Origin: an uncultured Bacteroidales bacterium
Lineage (GTDB): Bacteria; Bacteroidota; Bacteroidia; Bacteroidales; CAZZDX01
Length of the DNA: 50,436 nucleotides
NCBI GenBank assembly: GCA_964582565.1
Contig: CAZOSY010000001.1
Coordinates: 1-50,436, forward strand
Direction of reading: 5' to 3'
Position numbers and translations under genes: made by a program. Below the pieces are notes generated by a model. The model did not search any database and had not been told where the DNA came from. It saw only the letters and a program-made list of their open reading frames with translations. The stretch's first letter is position 1; each line of letters starts with the position of its first letter. Shown here piece after piece: positions 32,037-41,585 of this stretch.

Positions 32037-34448
32037 TTATATCTTTTTTTTAAAATACCAATAATCCAGATAATAAAGTATTTTAACAGAAAAACTATTT
32101 ATTTGCGGGGAATTTATAGTGTTATTAAAATTTTCAAAATACCTGCTTATTAACTTATTCTCTTCTTTATAAATAGCATTTTTCCATACAAGAGATATTT
32201 CACTTCCAGGAGCAAAATTCCATGTATAAGATAAATCAATATTAAATGTATTGAAATTAATATTTTGATGAGCAGAATAATTAGTATTATCAAGAGAGCC
32301 ATCATTATTAAGTATGTAAAAACTGTTATAATCAACTTTTGACCAGTAATGACGCAAACGAAAATTTAACGATGATTTATTATTAAATATATAGCTTGTT
32401 GTAAGAGTATTGGTAATTGTAACAATATCTCTTTTCCCAAAATATATTGTCCCGGCATTGTTATCTACATAACCTATATCATTTTTGTTAATGCTTTTAT
32501 TAAAGTTGTATATAAACAACATCTTGTTATTTGCCCTAAAACGTGGTGAGAGTTCATACCAGTATGCTTTTTGGCTTTTTTTAGAAGATTGCCATGTTCC
32601 TGAACTACAATCAACAGCTAATTTTTTTCTGTAATCTGAAGAGAGCCAAAAATTTACTTCAAAAAAACCTGGTATCACAAACACTCTACCGGGGACCCTT
32701 GCCTCAAAATAATCATTATATCCTAAAGGGTTAATATCTCCATTAAATCCTGCTGACAAGTAATTTTTAAAAGTTGTATGTGAATTAGTATTAATAGAAA
32801 TACCTGTAAATTTTCTGGGAGAATATAAGCAAGAATGTTCTATCTCCATTTCATTAAACCAGTTAAGCAATTTCCAAAATGGTTTATAGGTATTATAATT
32901 TAGTTCCAATTTATTTTTAAATTCATTATTCCGTTGTAAATATCCTAAGTCATTTGGGTTGTAAGTATCACTTAAGACCTTTTGTGAAAATTCAACCAAA
33001 AAATTCCCACTTATTTTTTCTAATTCCAATTTATACATATATCCGAAGTCTGGATTTTTGTTATTGTAATATTTCTGACTAACAACGCCTATGCCTTCTA
33101 TGGCATAGGATTTTTTATTATTTGCTATTCTAAACTCTGTTCCACTAACATTGGCAGAATATTTTTCTCTTGAGACATTAGTATTAACAATACTTATATA
33201 AGAATTGTTTTTCAAATTCTGGTCAAAGGCAATCATATTATAGTTTGTAAATGGCTGTGTTATAAATTTTCGTTTTATACCATTAGAGTCAGCAATAGTT
33301 GCATAAGTATTAGCTGTCATAGCATTAAACACACCTATTCCAAGTCCTTTTTTATTTCTTCCTGATATTTTTGTTGCATTAATTAATTGAGTTTCACCAG
33401 GATTTTCAATGAACTCCTCCCCTATTTTCAAGCTATCGCTAATATTATCATATCCTAATGGAGTAGAGCCAATACGTCTTGAATAAAATATATCTGCTTT
33501 GGTAAATAATTCTGTGCCTTCGGTAAAAAATTGTCTTTTTTCAGTATAATATATTTCAAAAGGTGAGAGATTTAGTATTTTATCATCAGATTGAACTTGT
33601 CCAAAGTCAGGTATCAATGTCATATCAATCGTAAAACTTTCGTTAATTCCATATTTTATGTCCATTCCAGCATTATAAGGATATGTACAGTTTTTGTTAT
33701 CAGGATTTTTGTCCAGATAAGCAGATAAATAAGGAGTAAACGATAATCTTAAAGGAGGTTTGATATTAAAAATACCTGTTATTTTGCCTGATTGATTAAG
33801 AATTCCATCTTGTTTTCTGTCAATAAGATTCCATGTTGACCATTCGCGGTATCTTCGTATCTGTCGCCAAAAGTTAACATTCCATATCTGTTTGTCTTTT
33901 TTAGGAAACCTAATAGCAGAATAAGGAATTTTCATTTCAATGCTCCATCCTTTATCATTTATGCTTATTTTGCTTTCCCATACAGCATTCCAGCTTGCAT
34001 CGTGATAATTGGCAGAATATTTTGCATCAATCTGTACTCCTGATGCAGTAACTTTAAATTCCAATCCATTTAATCCGTCATTAAACGGACATATATCCAT
34101 TGAAAACATATCAGCATTTATATCATCATTATCACGTTTGCTAAGTTCTGTCAGGATACTATCAGGTGCAGCATCATACAGCATAGCTCCTATATATAGA
34201 GCATTGTCATCATAAATTAGTTTTACTTCTGTTTTTTGTGATGCAGGTTTACCATTATAAGGTTCAAATTGAAAAAAATCAGTTGCTACCGGCACATTAT
34301 TCCAGACCTCTTCATCCAAGATACCATCAATTTTTAGTGGAGAAGATGTTCTTATTGCCTGTATTTGTTTTTCCTGAGCATATAAAACAAAGCTCGTAAG
34401 ACAAATGATAACGGACAAAAAAATTTTATTTAATATATAACGAAACAT
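32037..34448 (-). CDS. outer-membrane-associated CBM9/DOMON-like + DUF5916-like protein
   Basis: Signal peptide. N-terminal region IDGILDEEVWNNVPVATDFFQFEPYNGKPASQKTEVKLIYDDNALYIGAMLYD. Long Tyr/Asn-rich beta-strand region. 803 aa. Confidence 0.65.
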   Translation of the reverse strand: MFRYILNKIFLSVIICLTSFVLYAQEKQIQAIRTSSPLKIDGILDEEVWNNVPVATDFFQFEPYNGKPASQKTEVKLIYDDNALYIGAMLYDAAPDSILTELSKRDNDDINADMFSMDICPFNDGLNGLEFKVTASGVQIDAKYSANYHDASWNAVWESKISINDKGWSIEMKIPYSAIRFPKKDKQIWNVNFWRQIRRYREWSTWNLIDRKQDGILNQSGKITGIFNIKPPLRLSFTPYLSAYLDKNPDNKNCTYPYNAGMDIKYGINESFTIDMTLIPDFGQVQSDDKILNLSPFEIYYTEKRQFFTEGTELFTKADIFYSRRIGSTPLGYDNISDSLKIGEEFIENPGETQLINATKISGRNKKGLGIGVFNAMTANTYATIADSNGIKRKFITQPFTNYNMIAFDQNLKNNSYISIVNTNVSREKYSANVSGTEFRIANNKKSYAIEGIGVVSQKYYNNKNPDFGYMYKLELEKISGNFLVEFSQKVLSDTYNPNDLGYLQRNNEFKNKLELNYNTYKPFWKLLNWFNEMEIEHSCLYSPRKFTGISINTNSHTTFKNYLSAGFNGDINPLGYNDYFEARVPGRVFVIPGFFEVNFWLSSDYRKKLAVDCSSGTWQSSKKSQKAYWYELSPRFRANNKMLFIYNFNKSINKNDIGYVDNNAGTIYFGKRDIVTITNTLTTSYIFNNKSSLNFRLRHYWSKVDYNSFYILNNDGSLDNTNYSAHQNINFNTFNIDLSYTWNFAPGSEISLVWKNAIYKEENKLISRYFENFNNTINSPQINSFSVKILYYLDYWYFKKKI

Positions 34449-34463
34449 ATATGTTATTTAATG

Positions 34464-34614
34464 GCACTTCTAAAAACCCAAATAATAATTTAATCACAAA
34501 GTTAGCAAAGAAATCGCAAAGGTCGCAAAATATTGATTCTTATTTCTTTGCGTCCTTTGCGAAAAATTTTAGCGTGCTTTACAGTTTCAAAAAATATAAT
34601 TTTTAGAAGTTCCC
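34464..34614. repeat. 151-bp repeat (cacttctaaaaa...tttttagaagttccc), copy A, 15 nt upstream of the start of ORF 32037..34448
   Basis: Shares both ends and the flanking interior with 39754-39852. On the minus strand it contains TAACTTTG (34497-34504), a perfect -7 motif about 48 nt before the ATG. Confidence 0.65.
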
Positions 34615-34687
34615 TTAAAATTTTATTACAAATTTAGTAAAAAAATATAATTTAGCAACCAATTATGCAACATTAAAAAGAACATTT

Positions 34688-35452
34688 ATGAAAACAAAAA
34701 CAGTATTTTTTTTCTTAACTTTCTATCTGATAATTGTTTTCTGTCCTACTATGTTTGGACAGAAAAATGATTTAAGAAAATTAAAACTGAATGGAAATAT
34801 TAAATCAATTCGTGAATTTTCTTATAAAGCTTTTGAAAAACATGATAATATTCAAAAAGGAAAAGCAGGACTTTCTTATTATAATATTTTTAGCAACAAG
34901 GGGAATAAAATTGAAGATAACAGATATAATCCAGATGGAAGCCTTGTTAAAAAATATATTTACAAGTATAACAGCAAGGGGAATAGAATAGAAGAAAATC
35001 AATTTACATCAGACGATATTCTAATAAGAAAAATTACATACAAGTATGACAAGAAAAAAAACATAATTGAAGATAACAGTTATACACCAGAAGGAAAACA
35101 AGATAAGAAATATACTTATAAATATGATAATAAAGGAAATATAATTGAAGATAACAGTTACAGTTCTGACGGAAGCCTTATTAAAAAATTTACTTACAAA
35201 TATGATGACAAAGGGAATAGAATTGAAAATAGCAGATTTACTTCAGATGGAAACATCGAAAAAAAATATACTTATAAATATAACGACACGGGGAATGCAA
35301 TTGAGGAAAACTGTTATACTTCTGATGGAATCTTACTCAGTAAATATACTTACAAGTATGAATACGATAATCAAGAAAATTGGAATAAACAGATTAGATT
35401 TGAAGATGATAAACCAAAATATATAATAGAAAGAGAGATAAAATATTATTAA
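34688..35452 (+). CDS. secreted protein made of YD-type repeats
   Basis: Signal peptide. About 8 tandem ~23-aa units of the form KKYTYKYDxKGNxIEDNSYxxDGxL. Confidence 0.6.
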   Translation: MKTKTVFFFLTFYLIIVFCPTMFGQKNDLRKLKLNGNIKSIREFSYKAFEKHDNIQKGKAGLSYYNIFSNKGNKIEDNRYNPDGSLVKKYIYKYNSKGNRIEENQFTSDDILIRKITYKYDKKKNIIEDNSYTPEGKQDKKYTYKYDNKGNIIEDNSYSSDGSLIKKFTYKYDDKGNRIENSRFTSDGNIEKKYTYKYNDTGNAIEENCYTSDGILLSKYTYKYEYDNQENWNKQIRFEDDKPKYIIEREIKYY

Positions 35453-35742
35453 CGTTGCATAACAAACGTTCAATGCTCATTAAAACGGTCTTTAGTGTTA
35501 ACCGTGATGCCTAACCGATTAAAACATACTTTGCTCGGCAATAATTTGAGATAATTTATATACTATAAATTTAATATACATCAGAGTTTATTAGTGGTCA
35601 TTATCAACAAATGACTATAAAGAACAAATTATATTACGCAAAGTATATTTGTTGGGTTAATTCGCCTTATGTGGATACCTTTACCCTGTTGGATATTTCC
35701 TACGGGGTGAATATATACAATTTTTTATATTAAAAAATATTT

Positions 35743-36921
35743 ATGCAGAAACAACTTTTTTTTAAACATGTAGCACAAACATCTGATATTCCTGTTAGTT
35801 TTGAAATTGAAAAAGCAGATGGTATTTATTTGTTTGACAAAACAGGCAGACAATATATTGATTTAATATCAGGTATAGGAGTTAATAATTTAGGGCATAG
35901 AAACCAGGAAGTCATACAAGCTATTAAAAATCAGTTAGATAAGTATATACATGTTATGGCTTATGGTGAATTTATTCAGTCGCCACAAGTTAATTTTGCA
36001 AAAATGCTTTCTGACAATCTTTCTGATAAATTAGATTCTGTATATTTTGTTAACTCAGGTAGTGAATCTATAGAAGGTGCTTTAAAACTTGCCAAGAGAT
36101 ATACAGGAAAAACAGAAATTATTTCATTTAAAAATTCCTATCATGGAAGTTCACATGGTGCTTTGAGTATTACAGGTAATGAAAGAGCAAAAAGAGCATT
36201 CCGTCCTTTATTGCCGGATATAAAATTTATTGAATTTAATAATTTTAATGACCTTAACAATATTACACATAAAACTGCTTGCGTTGTTATAGAGCCAATT
36301 CAGGGTGAGGCAGGAGTTGTTTTACCTAAAAATGATTATTTGATAAAACTCAGAAAAAAGTGTGATGACACAGAGACTTTGTTGATATTTGATGAAGCAC
36401 AAACCGGCTTTGGCAGGACAGGGACACTATTTGCTTATGAACAATTTAATGTTGTTCCAGACATTCTTTGCTTATCAAAAGCATTGGGCGGCTCTATGCC
36501 TTTGGGTGCTTTTATCTCTTCAAAAAATATAATGTCTTCATTAAAAAATTATCCTGTACTTGGACATATAACAACTTTTGGAGGTCATCCTGTTTGCTGT
36601 GCAGCAGGTCTTGCAAGTTTGAAAATTATAACAGAAAAAAAAATATACAAACTTGTCCATTATAAAGGAGAATTATTTAAACATTTGTTAAAACATACAA
36701 AGATAAAAGATGTAAGAGGCAAAGGATTAATGCTTGCTGTTGAATTTGAAAACGCAGAGATAAGTAATAAAGTAATCAGGAGATGTATGAAAAATGGTGT
36801 TATCACAGATTCTTTTTTGTTTGCTCCAAATTGTATGAGGATTGCTCCTCCGCTTATCATTGAAGAAGAGCAGATTAAAAAATCGTGTGAGATAATTCTG
36901 TCAAGTATAGAAGAGATTTAA
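35743..36921 (+). CDS. class-III PLP-dependent aminotransferase (acetylornithine/ornithine aminotransferase-like)
   Basis: GVNNLGHRN, NSGSESIEGALKLA, IFDEAQTGFGRTG and LSKALGG (PLP lysine) motifs. Confidence 0.85.
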   Translation: MQKQLFFKHVAQTSDIPVSFEIEKADGIYLFDKTGRQYIDLISGIGVNNLGHRNQEVIQAIKNQLDKYIHVMAYGEFIQSPQVNFAKMLSDNLSDKLDSVYFVNSGSESIEGALKLAKRYTGKTEIISFKNSYHGSSHGALSITGNERAKRAFRPLLPDIKFIEFNNFNDLNNITHKTACVVIEPIQGEAGVVLPKNDYLIKLRKKCDDTETLLIFDEAQTGFGRTGTLFAYEQFNVVPDILCLSKALGGSMPLGAFISSKNIMSSLKNYPVLGHITTFGGHPVCCAAGLASLKIITEKKIYKLVHYKGELFKHLLKHTKIKDVRGKGLMLAVEFENAEISNKVIRRCMKNGVITDSFLFAPNCMRIAPPLIIEEEQIKKSCEIILSSIEEI

Positions 36922-36952
36922 AACCGAATGGGTGAATGAAACAACTTTTGTC

Positions 36953-38116
36953 CTAATTTTTTATAACTTTTTCAAGTTTATCAGTTAAAGAAGTCCAGTT
37001 ATATTTTTCCAAAATCATATTATAAGCATTTAAAGCTATTTTTTGTGCTTGCTGCTTATTTCCAAGTAAAAAGAATATATGCTCAGCATATTGTTCTGTA
37101 GTGTTTGCAATTAATATTTCTTTATTTTGCTTTGCTTGCAACGATTGATTAGCAAGAGGAGATGTGATACAAGGTATTTGCATTGCCATTGCTTCAAGAA
37201 GTTTGTTTTGTAATCCTGTTCCTATTTTCATAGGAGCAACAAAAATATGTGCCTTTGCATAACATTCACGCATATCTTTAACCCAACCGGCTACATCAAC
37301 ATTTTTAGATTTAAGAGCAAATATCTTTTTACTTGGATTTGCACCTGCAATAAGCAACTTAATATCCGGATATTTTTTATAAACATAATCAAGAATTTCT
37401 TTTACAAAATATTCAGCAGCAAAAATATTTGGCGGATAGCCCATATTACCTGTAAAGAGTAAATCATATTGTTTTTTACAATTAACAGGTCTAAAATATT
37501 CCGTATCAACGCCATTAGGTATAACTATTATCTTATCTCTCTCATAATGAGGTATAAGCTCACGGTCTGGAATACTTATTATTATCTTATTGTCAAAATG
37601 TTTGAATATATAATTTTCATATTTTTTTAACCTGTTATATTCAAGTTTTAAAAATGGTTTAAGATAAAATGGTGATACTTTTATTCTACGTTCTATGCCT
37701 TTTGAAAACACATCCTGATAGTCAAGGGTCTTGGAAATATTATAATCTTTAACATATTCGCTGACACGTATTAACTGACAAAATATATAATCAGGATTAG
37801 TTTCTTTTATTAATTTGTCAATTTCTTTTTTTGCTTTTTTACTGTAAAAATATCCAACCTGCAATGGCTTTCCTGTAAACAAAGCTTTTATAATATTTAT
37901 GAAAACACTGAATTTTGAAAGGTTTATTATTGATATGGACTTACAAAAAGGCGTTAAGGCATTAACAGCTTCTTGTTTATATATTTTAGAATCATTAAGA
38001 GCGCAAAGTATTATATCATTTTTTTTTGATAAAAATTTAATATGATTAAAAGCACGCAGCTTATCTCCTTTTTCAAGAGGATATGGAACCCTTGATAATA
38101 ATATAAATATCTTCAT
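36953..38116 (-). CDS. glycosyltransferase family 4 (GT-B)
   Basis: The C-terminal half shows the GT1/GT4 pattern (FVAPMKIGTGLQNKLLEAMAMQIPCITS). Confidence 0.8.
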   Translation of the reverse strand: MKIFILLSRVPYPLEKGDKLRAFNHIKFLSKKNDIILCALNDSKIYKQEAVNALTPFCKSISIINLSKFSVFINIIKALFTGKPLQVGYFYSKKAKKEIDKLIKETNPDYIFCQLIRVSEYVKDYNISKTLDYQDVFSKGIERRIKVSPFYLKPFLKLEYNRLKKYENYIFKHFDNKIIISIPDRELIPHYERDKIIVIPNGVDTEYFRPVNCKKQYDLLFTGNMGYPPNIFAAEYFVKEILDYVYKKYPDIKLLIAGANPSKKIFALKSKNVDVAGWVKDMRECYAKAHIFVAPMKIGTGLQNKLLEAMAMQIPCITSPLANQSLQAKQNKEILIANTTEQYAEHIFFLLGNKQQAQKIALNAYNMILEKYNWTSLTDKLEKVIKN

Positions 38117-38138
38117 TACGTACTTTTTGTTAGATAAT

Positions 38139-38292
38139 TATTTAGTGTTTGTTCATAATGTCCAATTTCTTCGTTATGCTTGTCTTTCAAATCAGTCATT
38201 TATAAAAGTAAACTCCTGGTTTTCAAGACTGCGCAAGCCTCGAACTCGAACATTCTGAACTAAACACTTACTTTATTAACAGACACTATTTA
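38139..38292. mobile_element. 154-bp MITE-like element, copy B
   Basis: Near-identical to 26385-26538. Its TIRs are slightly degraded. Lies between the two GT4 genes. Confidence 0.7.
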
Positions 38293-38327
38293 GAATTATT
38301 AACAAATAATTTTGTGCTAATCAATCC

Positions 38328-38507
38328 TTAACCTGAATAATTCATAAATTATCTATTACGAGTTGAAATTGCCTGCTATAATTGAAAATGCTCGGATTTC
38401 GCTTCTCAATGTAGCTCTGCTACATCTCCGATGCTCAATCCTGTGCTTTCCAATTCTATTGGCACTTTCAACTCTCATAACGAAAACTTATGAATTATTC
38501 AGGTTAA
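38328..38507. repeat. 180-bp palindromic element with 20-bp perfect TIRs (ttaacctgaataattcataa / ttatgaattattcaggttaa)
   Basis: The right TIR overlaps the last 6 codons and the stop of the GT4 gene 38488..39705. A partial TIR copy is at 48206-48228. Confidence 0.7.
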
Positions 38508-39705
38508 CATTCAAAATTTTCTGATAAAAATTTACAAGTTTATCAATTATTAATTTATTATTATGTTTTTGTGTTACAAGTTTTTTTGCGTTATTACCTA
38601 CTCTATTACAAAAATCTTTGTTATTAATACATTTTGTTATTGCATCGGCAAAATTTTTTGGTGTGTCAGCAATAATAATATTTTTATTATTTTCATAAAA
38701 AATTCCCCTGGCTGCAATATTTGTTGAGATAACTGTTTTACCGGCAGCCATTGCTTCAATTATTTTAATTCTCACGCCTGCTCCTGAAAGTAAAGGCACA
38801 ATCATTATTGCCTTTGAATTTATAAAATTTATAGCATTTTTTACTTCACCAACAATTATTACATTGGGATAATTATTTTTTAAAAGCCAGTCAGGCATAT
38901 TTCTGCCGGCTAAATAAAATTTTAAATCATGATGTTGTTTATAAATTTCGGGCCATACATTTTCCAGAAACCATTTTATACCTTCCTGATTTGGCATCCA
39001 GTCCATAGAGCCGATATGAAACAAAGAAGGGAACTCACAAAGATTTGAATCCGGGATATATTTCTCAATATCAAGTCCAAAAGGAATATCTGTTACAGGA
39101 ATTTTACATCCTGATTTTTTAAAAAAATAAGTATCTTCATCTGTTATTGTTGCAATGCCATCATATTTATTTAGCATTGAAATTTCATAATTTTTGAGTG
39201 TTTTTGATAAATGTCTAAAATAAAATGTCTTTAAAGTATTGGCAGAGTTATAAGACATTCTTTTCCAGATAAGATATTCAATATTATGTGCCCGTAAAAT
39301 TATTTTCGCTTTTGAATATTTTCTGATGGTTTTAATATAAGGAGTAACAAATAGCGATTCTAATTGGACAATATCAAAATCTTCCTGTTTTAATATTTGT
39401 ATCAGTTTGTTTTTTATTTCATTTGAAGTAAATCTTTGAATATGATAAGATTTTTTTGAGAAGATATTTAAAAAGGCATTGATAGGTTTAACAGAAGTGT
39501 CAATAAACACAGATTCAAATTTTGTTTTTTGTTTATAAGATTCAGGTATTTTTTTTATATCAACAAAATATTTAGGAGTGCTAACAGCAAAAACTTTTAC
39601 ATAATTATTAGCATCAATTAATCCCTGAGTAATATTATTCATAGCTATAGGTGCGCCTTGTTTTGGAGGATAAGGTGATTTACTGCATATTTGTAATATT
39701 CTCAT
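38488..39705 (-). CDS. glycosyltransferase family 4 (GT-B)
   Basis: GT4 pattern (IVPLLSGAGVRIKIIEAMAAGKTVIST) plus an N-terminal GT4-like domain. Confidence 0.8.
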   Translation of the reverse strand: MRILQICSKSPYPPKQGAPIAMNNITQGLIDANNYVKVFAVSTPKYFVDIKKIPESYKQKTKFESVFIDTSVKPINAFLNIFSKKSYHIQRFTSNEIKNKLIQILKQEDFDIVQLESLFVTPYIKTIRKYSKAKIILRAHNIEYLIWKRMSYNSANTLKTFYFRHLSKTLKNYEISMLNKYDGIATITDEDTYFFKKSGCKIPVTDIPFGLDIEKYIPDSNLCEFPSLFHIGSMDWMPNQEGIKWFLENVWPEIYKQHHDLKFYLAGRNMPDWLLKNNYPNVIIVGEVKNAINFINSKAIMIVPLLSGAGVRIKIIEAMAAGKTVISTNIAARGIFYENNKNIIIADTPKNFADAITKCINNKDFCNRVGNNAKKLVTQKHNNKLIIDKLVNFYQKILNVNLNNS

Positions 39706-39753
39706 ATTTTTAGTTTCCAGTTTGTCTTAGTGTCTTATCAACTTTATAATTGT

Positions 39754-39852
39754 CACTTCTAAAAATCCAAATAATAATTTAATCGCAAATATCGCAATAT
39801 ATTGATTTTTATTTCTTTGTGGTTTCAAAAAATACAATTTTTAGAAGTTCCC
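39754..39852. repeat. 99-bp copy B of the cacttctaaaaa...tttttagaagttccc repeat, 48 nt upstream of the GT4 gene start
   Basis: Both ends are shared with 34464-34614. It has an internal deletion relative to copy A. Confidence 0.65.
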
Positions 39853-40053
39853 TAATGTCATTCCACCTAAGGCGGATTAACTCTGTCAGGTTTGGCAATT
39901 ACCGAACTCTGACAGGTTCAGGAATATCTAAATATCACAGACATAAAACCTGACAGAATCGTCAGACCTGTCAGAATTTGGCTTTATACGAAGTTTTATT
40001 ATTGACATAATATTAGCATAAAATAGGTTGATTAAAATTAACAAATTTGTCAG

Positions 40054-41475
40054 TTATTTTCGTTTAAAAATTCTATAAAAAATTTTGTTCCATGAGTCAG
40101 CGTCTAATATTGATGAATCAGTAGTTGCTTTCATTGTCAACATTATTCCTATTGGTAACATAATAAATGAAGCCATCCACATTCCCATAAAAGGTGTTAA
40201 GACCTCTTCTCTTGCAAATTTTTCTCCAATTACAGATATAATATGAAACGCAACAAATATCAATACAGAAACAACAAGAGGTATTCCCATACCACCTTTT
40301 CTTATAATAGATCCTAATGGAGCACCAATAAAAAACAGAACAAAACAAGCAAATGATAAAGCAAATTTTCTATGCCATTCTATTTGATGTTTAATTATAA
40401 ACTTAGTTCCTATTTCAAAACTTTCTCTTATGAAAAATATATAATCATTTGTATTTCTTGCAATATTTATAGCTGTTTCTACAATATTTATTTTTTCTTT
40501 TTTTGTAAAATCATGTAAAAAGTCATTTTTTAAAGTAGCAATTGTATCAGTATCTGCATATTTAGTTGTATCAATTATTGAGTAATAATGTAGCTTATTA
40601 ACTATATCTGATACAAAACTCTCTCTTTTTTTATTATAATTAAGAGTTAAAGAGTCCTCAGCTGTTTGAAGTTGTCTTAAATTTAACATTTTATAGTTAG
40701 ATTTAAAAAAATCTTCATTTGTTCGTGTTAAATTAAATCCAGACAAGTCAAAACGTAATTGTTCTTCTTTGAATCTAACTTTTTGAAAAGGATATGTATT
40801 ATTTCTCTTTCTGTTTTTTATATCTTCATAATAGTTACATCCATTATAAAGAGTAAAGATAAGATATCTCTTATCTGGAGTTATTTCCATTTTTCCTGAT
40901 TTTGCTATTGTTAAATTTGTGTTTCCCATTCTGTCTGTATGGTCATAAATCATCACATCTTTAATATCTTTACCGTTTTTATCTTTCTCACCTATTCTAA
41001 TAACATAATTATCTATTCCTTTATAAAACACTCCTTGTTTAATATTGAGAGTAGGTTTTTGTTCTCTTACGTCAAAGAGCAGTGAACCCATTTTAAGATT
41101 TGCAAGAGGCAATATATTATTTGAAAAGTAAAAAGCAATACCACCTATTATTATTGACATAATAATAAGTGGTATCATTACTTTACGAAGTGATATTCCT
41201 GCAGCTTTTACAGCAACCAGTTCAAAATTTTCGCCAAGATTACCAAATGTCATTAATGATGAGAGCAATATTGCAAGTGGTAATGCAAGAGGGACAAATG
41301 TTGAAGCCGCATAAAATAAAAGTTGAGTGATAGTATATAAATCAAGTCCTTTGCCAACCAAATCATCTATATACTTCCATATAAATTGCATTACTAAAAT
41401 AAACAATACAACAAAAAATGTTGCTATAAAAGGTCCTATAGATGACTTTATAATTAAAAAATGAAGTTTTTTCAT
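40054..41475 (-). CDS. LptF/LptG-family (YjgP/YjgQ) LPS export permease
   Basis: N-terminal 3 TM helices, a periplasmic beta-jellyroll-sized insert, then C-terminal 3 TM helices. LFYAASTFVPLALPLAILLSSLMTFGNL motif. Confidence 0.8.
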   Translation of the reverse strand: MKKLHFLIIKSSIGPFIATFFVVLFILVMQFIWKYIDDLVGKGLDLYTITQLLFYAASTFVPLALPLAILLSSLMTFGNLGENFELVAVKAAGISLRKVMIPLIIMSIIIGGIAFYFSNNILPLANLKMGSLLFDVREQKPTLNIKQGVFYKGIDNYVIRIGEKDKNGKDIKDVMIYDHTDRMGNTNLTIAKSGKMEITPDKRYLIFTLYNGCNYYEDIKNRKRNNTYPFQKVRFKEEQLRFDLSGFNLTRTNEDFFKSNYKMLNLRQLQTAEDSLTLNYNKKRESFVSDIVNKLHYYSIIDTTKYADTDTIATLKNDFLHDFTKKEKINIVETAINIARNTNDYIFFIRESFEIGTKFIIKHQIEWHRKFALSFACFVLFFIGAPLGSIIRKGGMGIPLVVSVLIFVAFHIISVIGEKFAREEVLTPFMGMWMASFIMLPIGIMLTMKATTDSSILDADSWNKIFYRIFKRK

Positions 41476-41554
41476 TATTTAAAATTGTTTTTATAAACTA
41501 TGCAAATATATTAAACTTGTTTGTTTATTGACATTTAAATTAAATAAAAAAATG

Positions 41555-41562
41555 TATTTTTG
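41555..41562 (+). promoter_or_regulatory. candidate -7 promoter element (TATTTTTG)
   Basis: 24 nt upstream of the ATG at 41586. Confidence 0.35.
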
Positions 41563-41585
41563 TTTTTTTAAAAAAACAAAACAAA

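Noticed and set aside
34791-35426. Alternative-frame ORFs (34791..34991, 34805..35002, 35145..35426) within the YD-repeat gene.
   Set aside because: They are by-products of the periodic repeat. The main frame has a signal peptide and a coherent repeat consensus.
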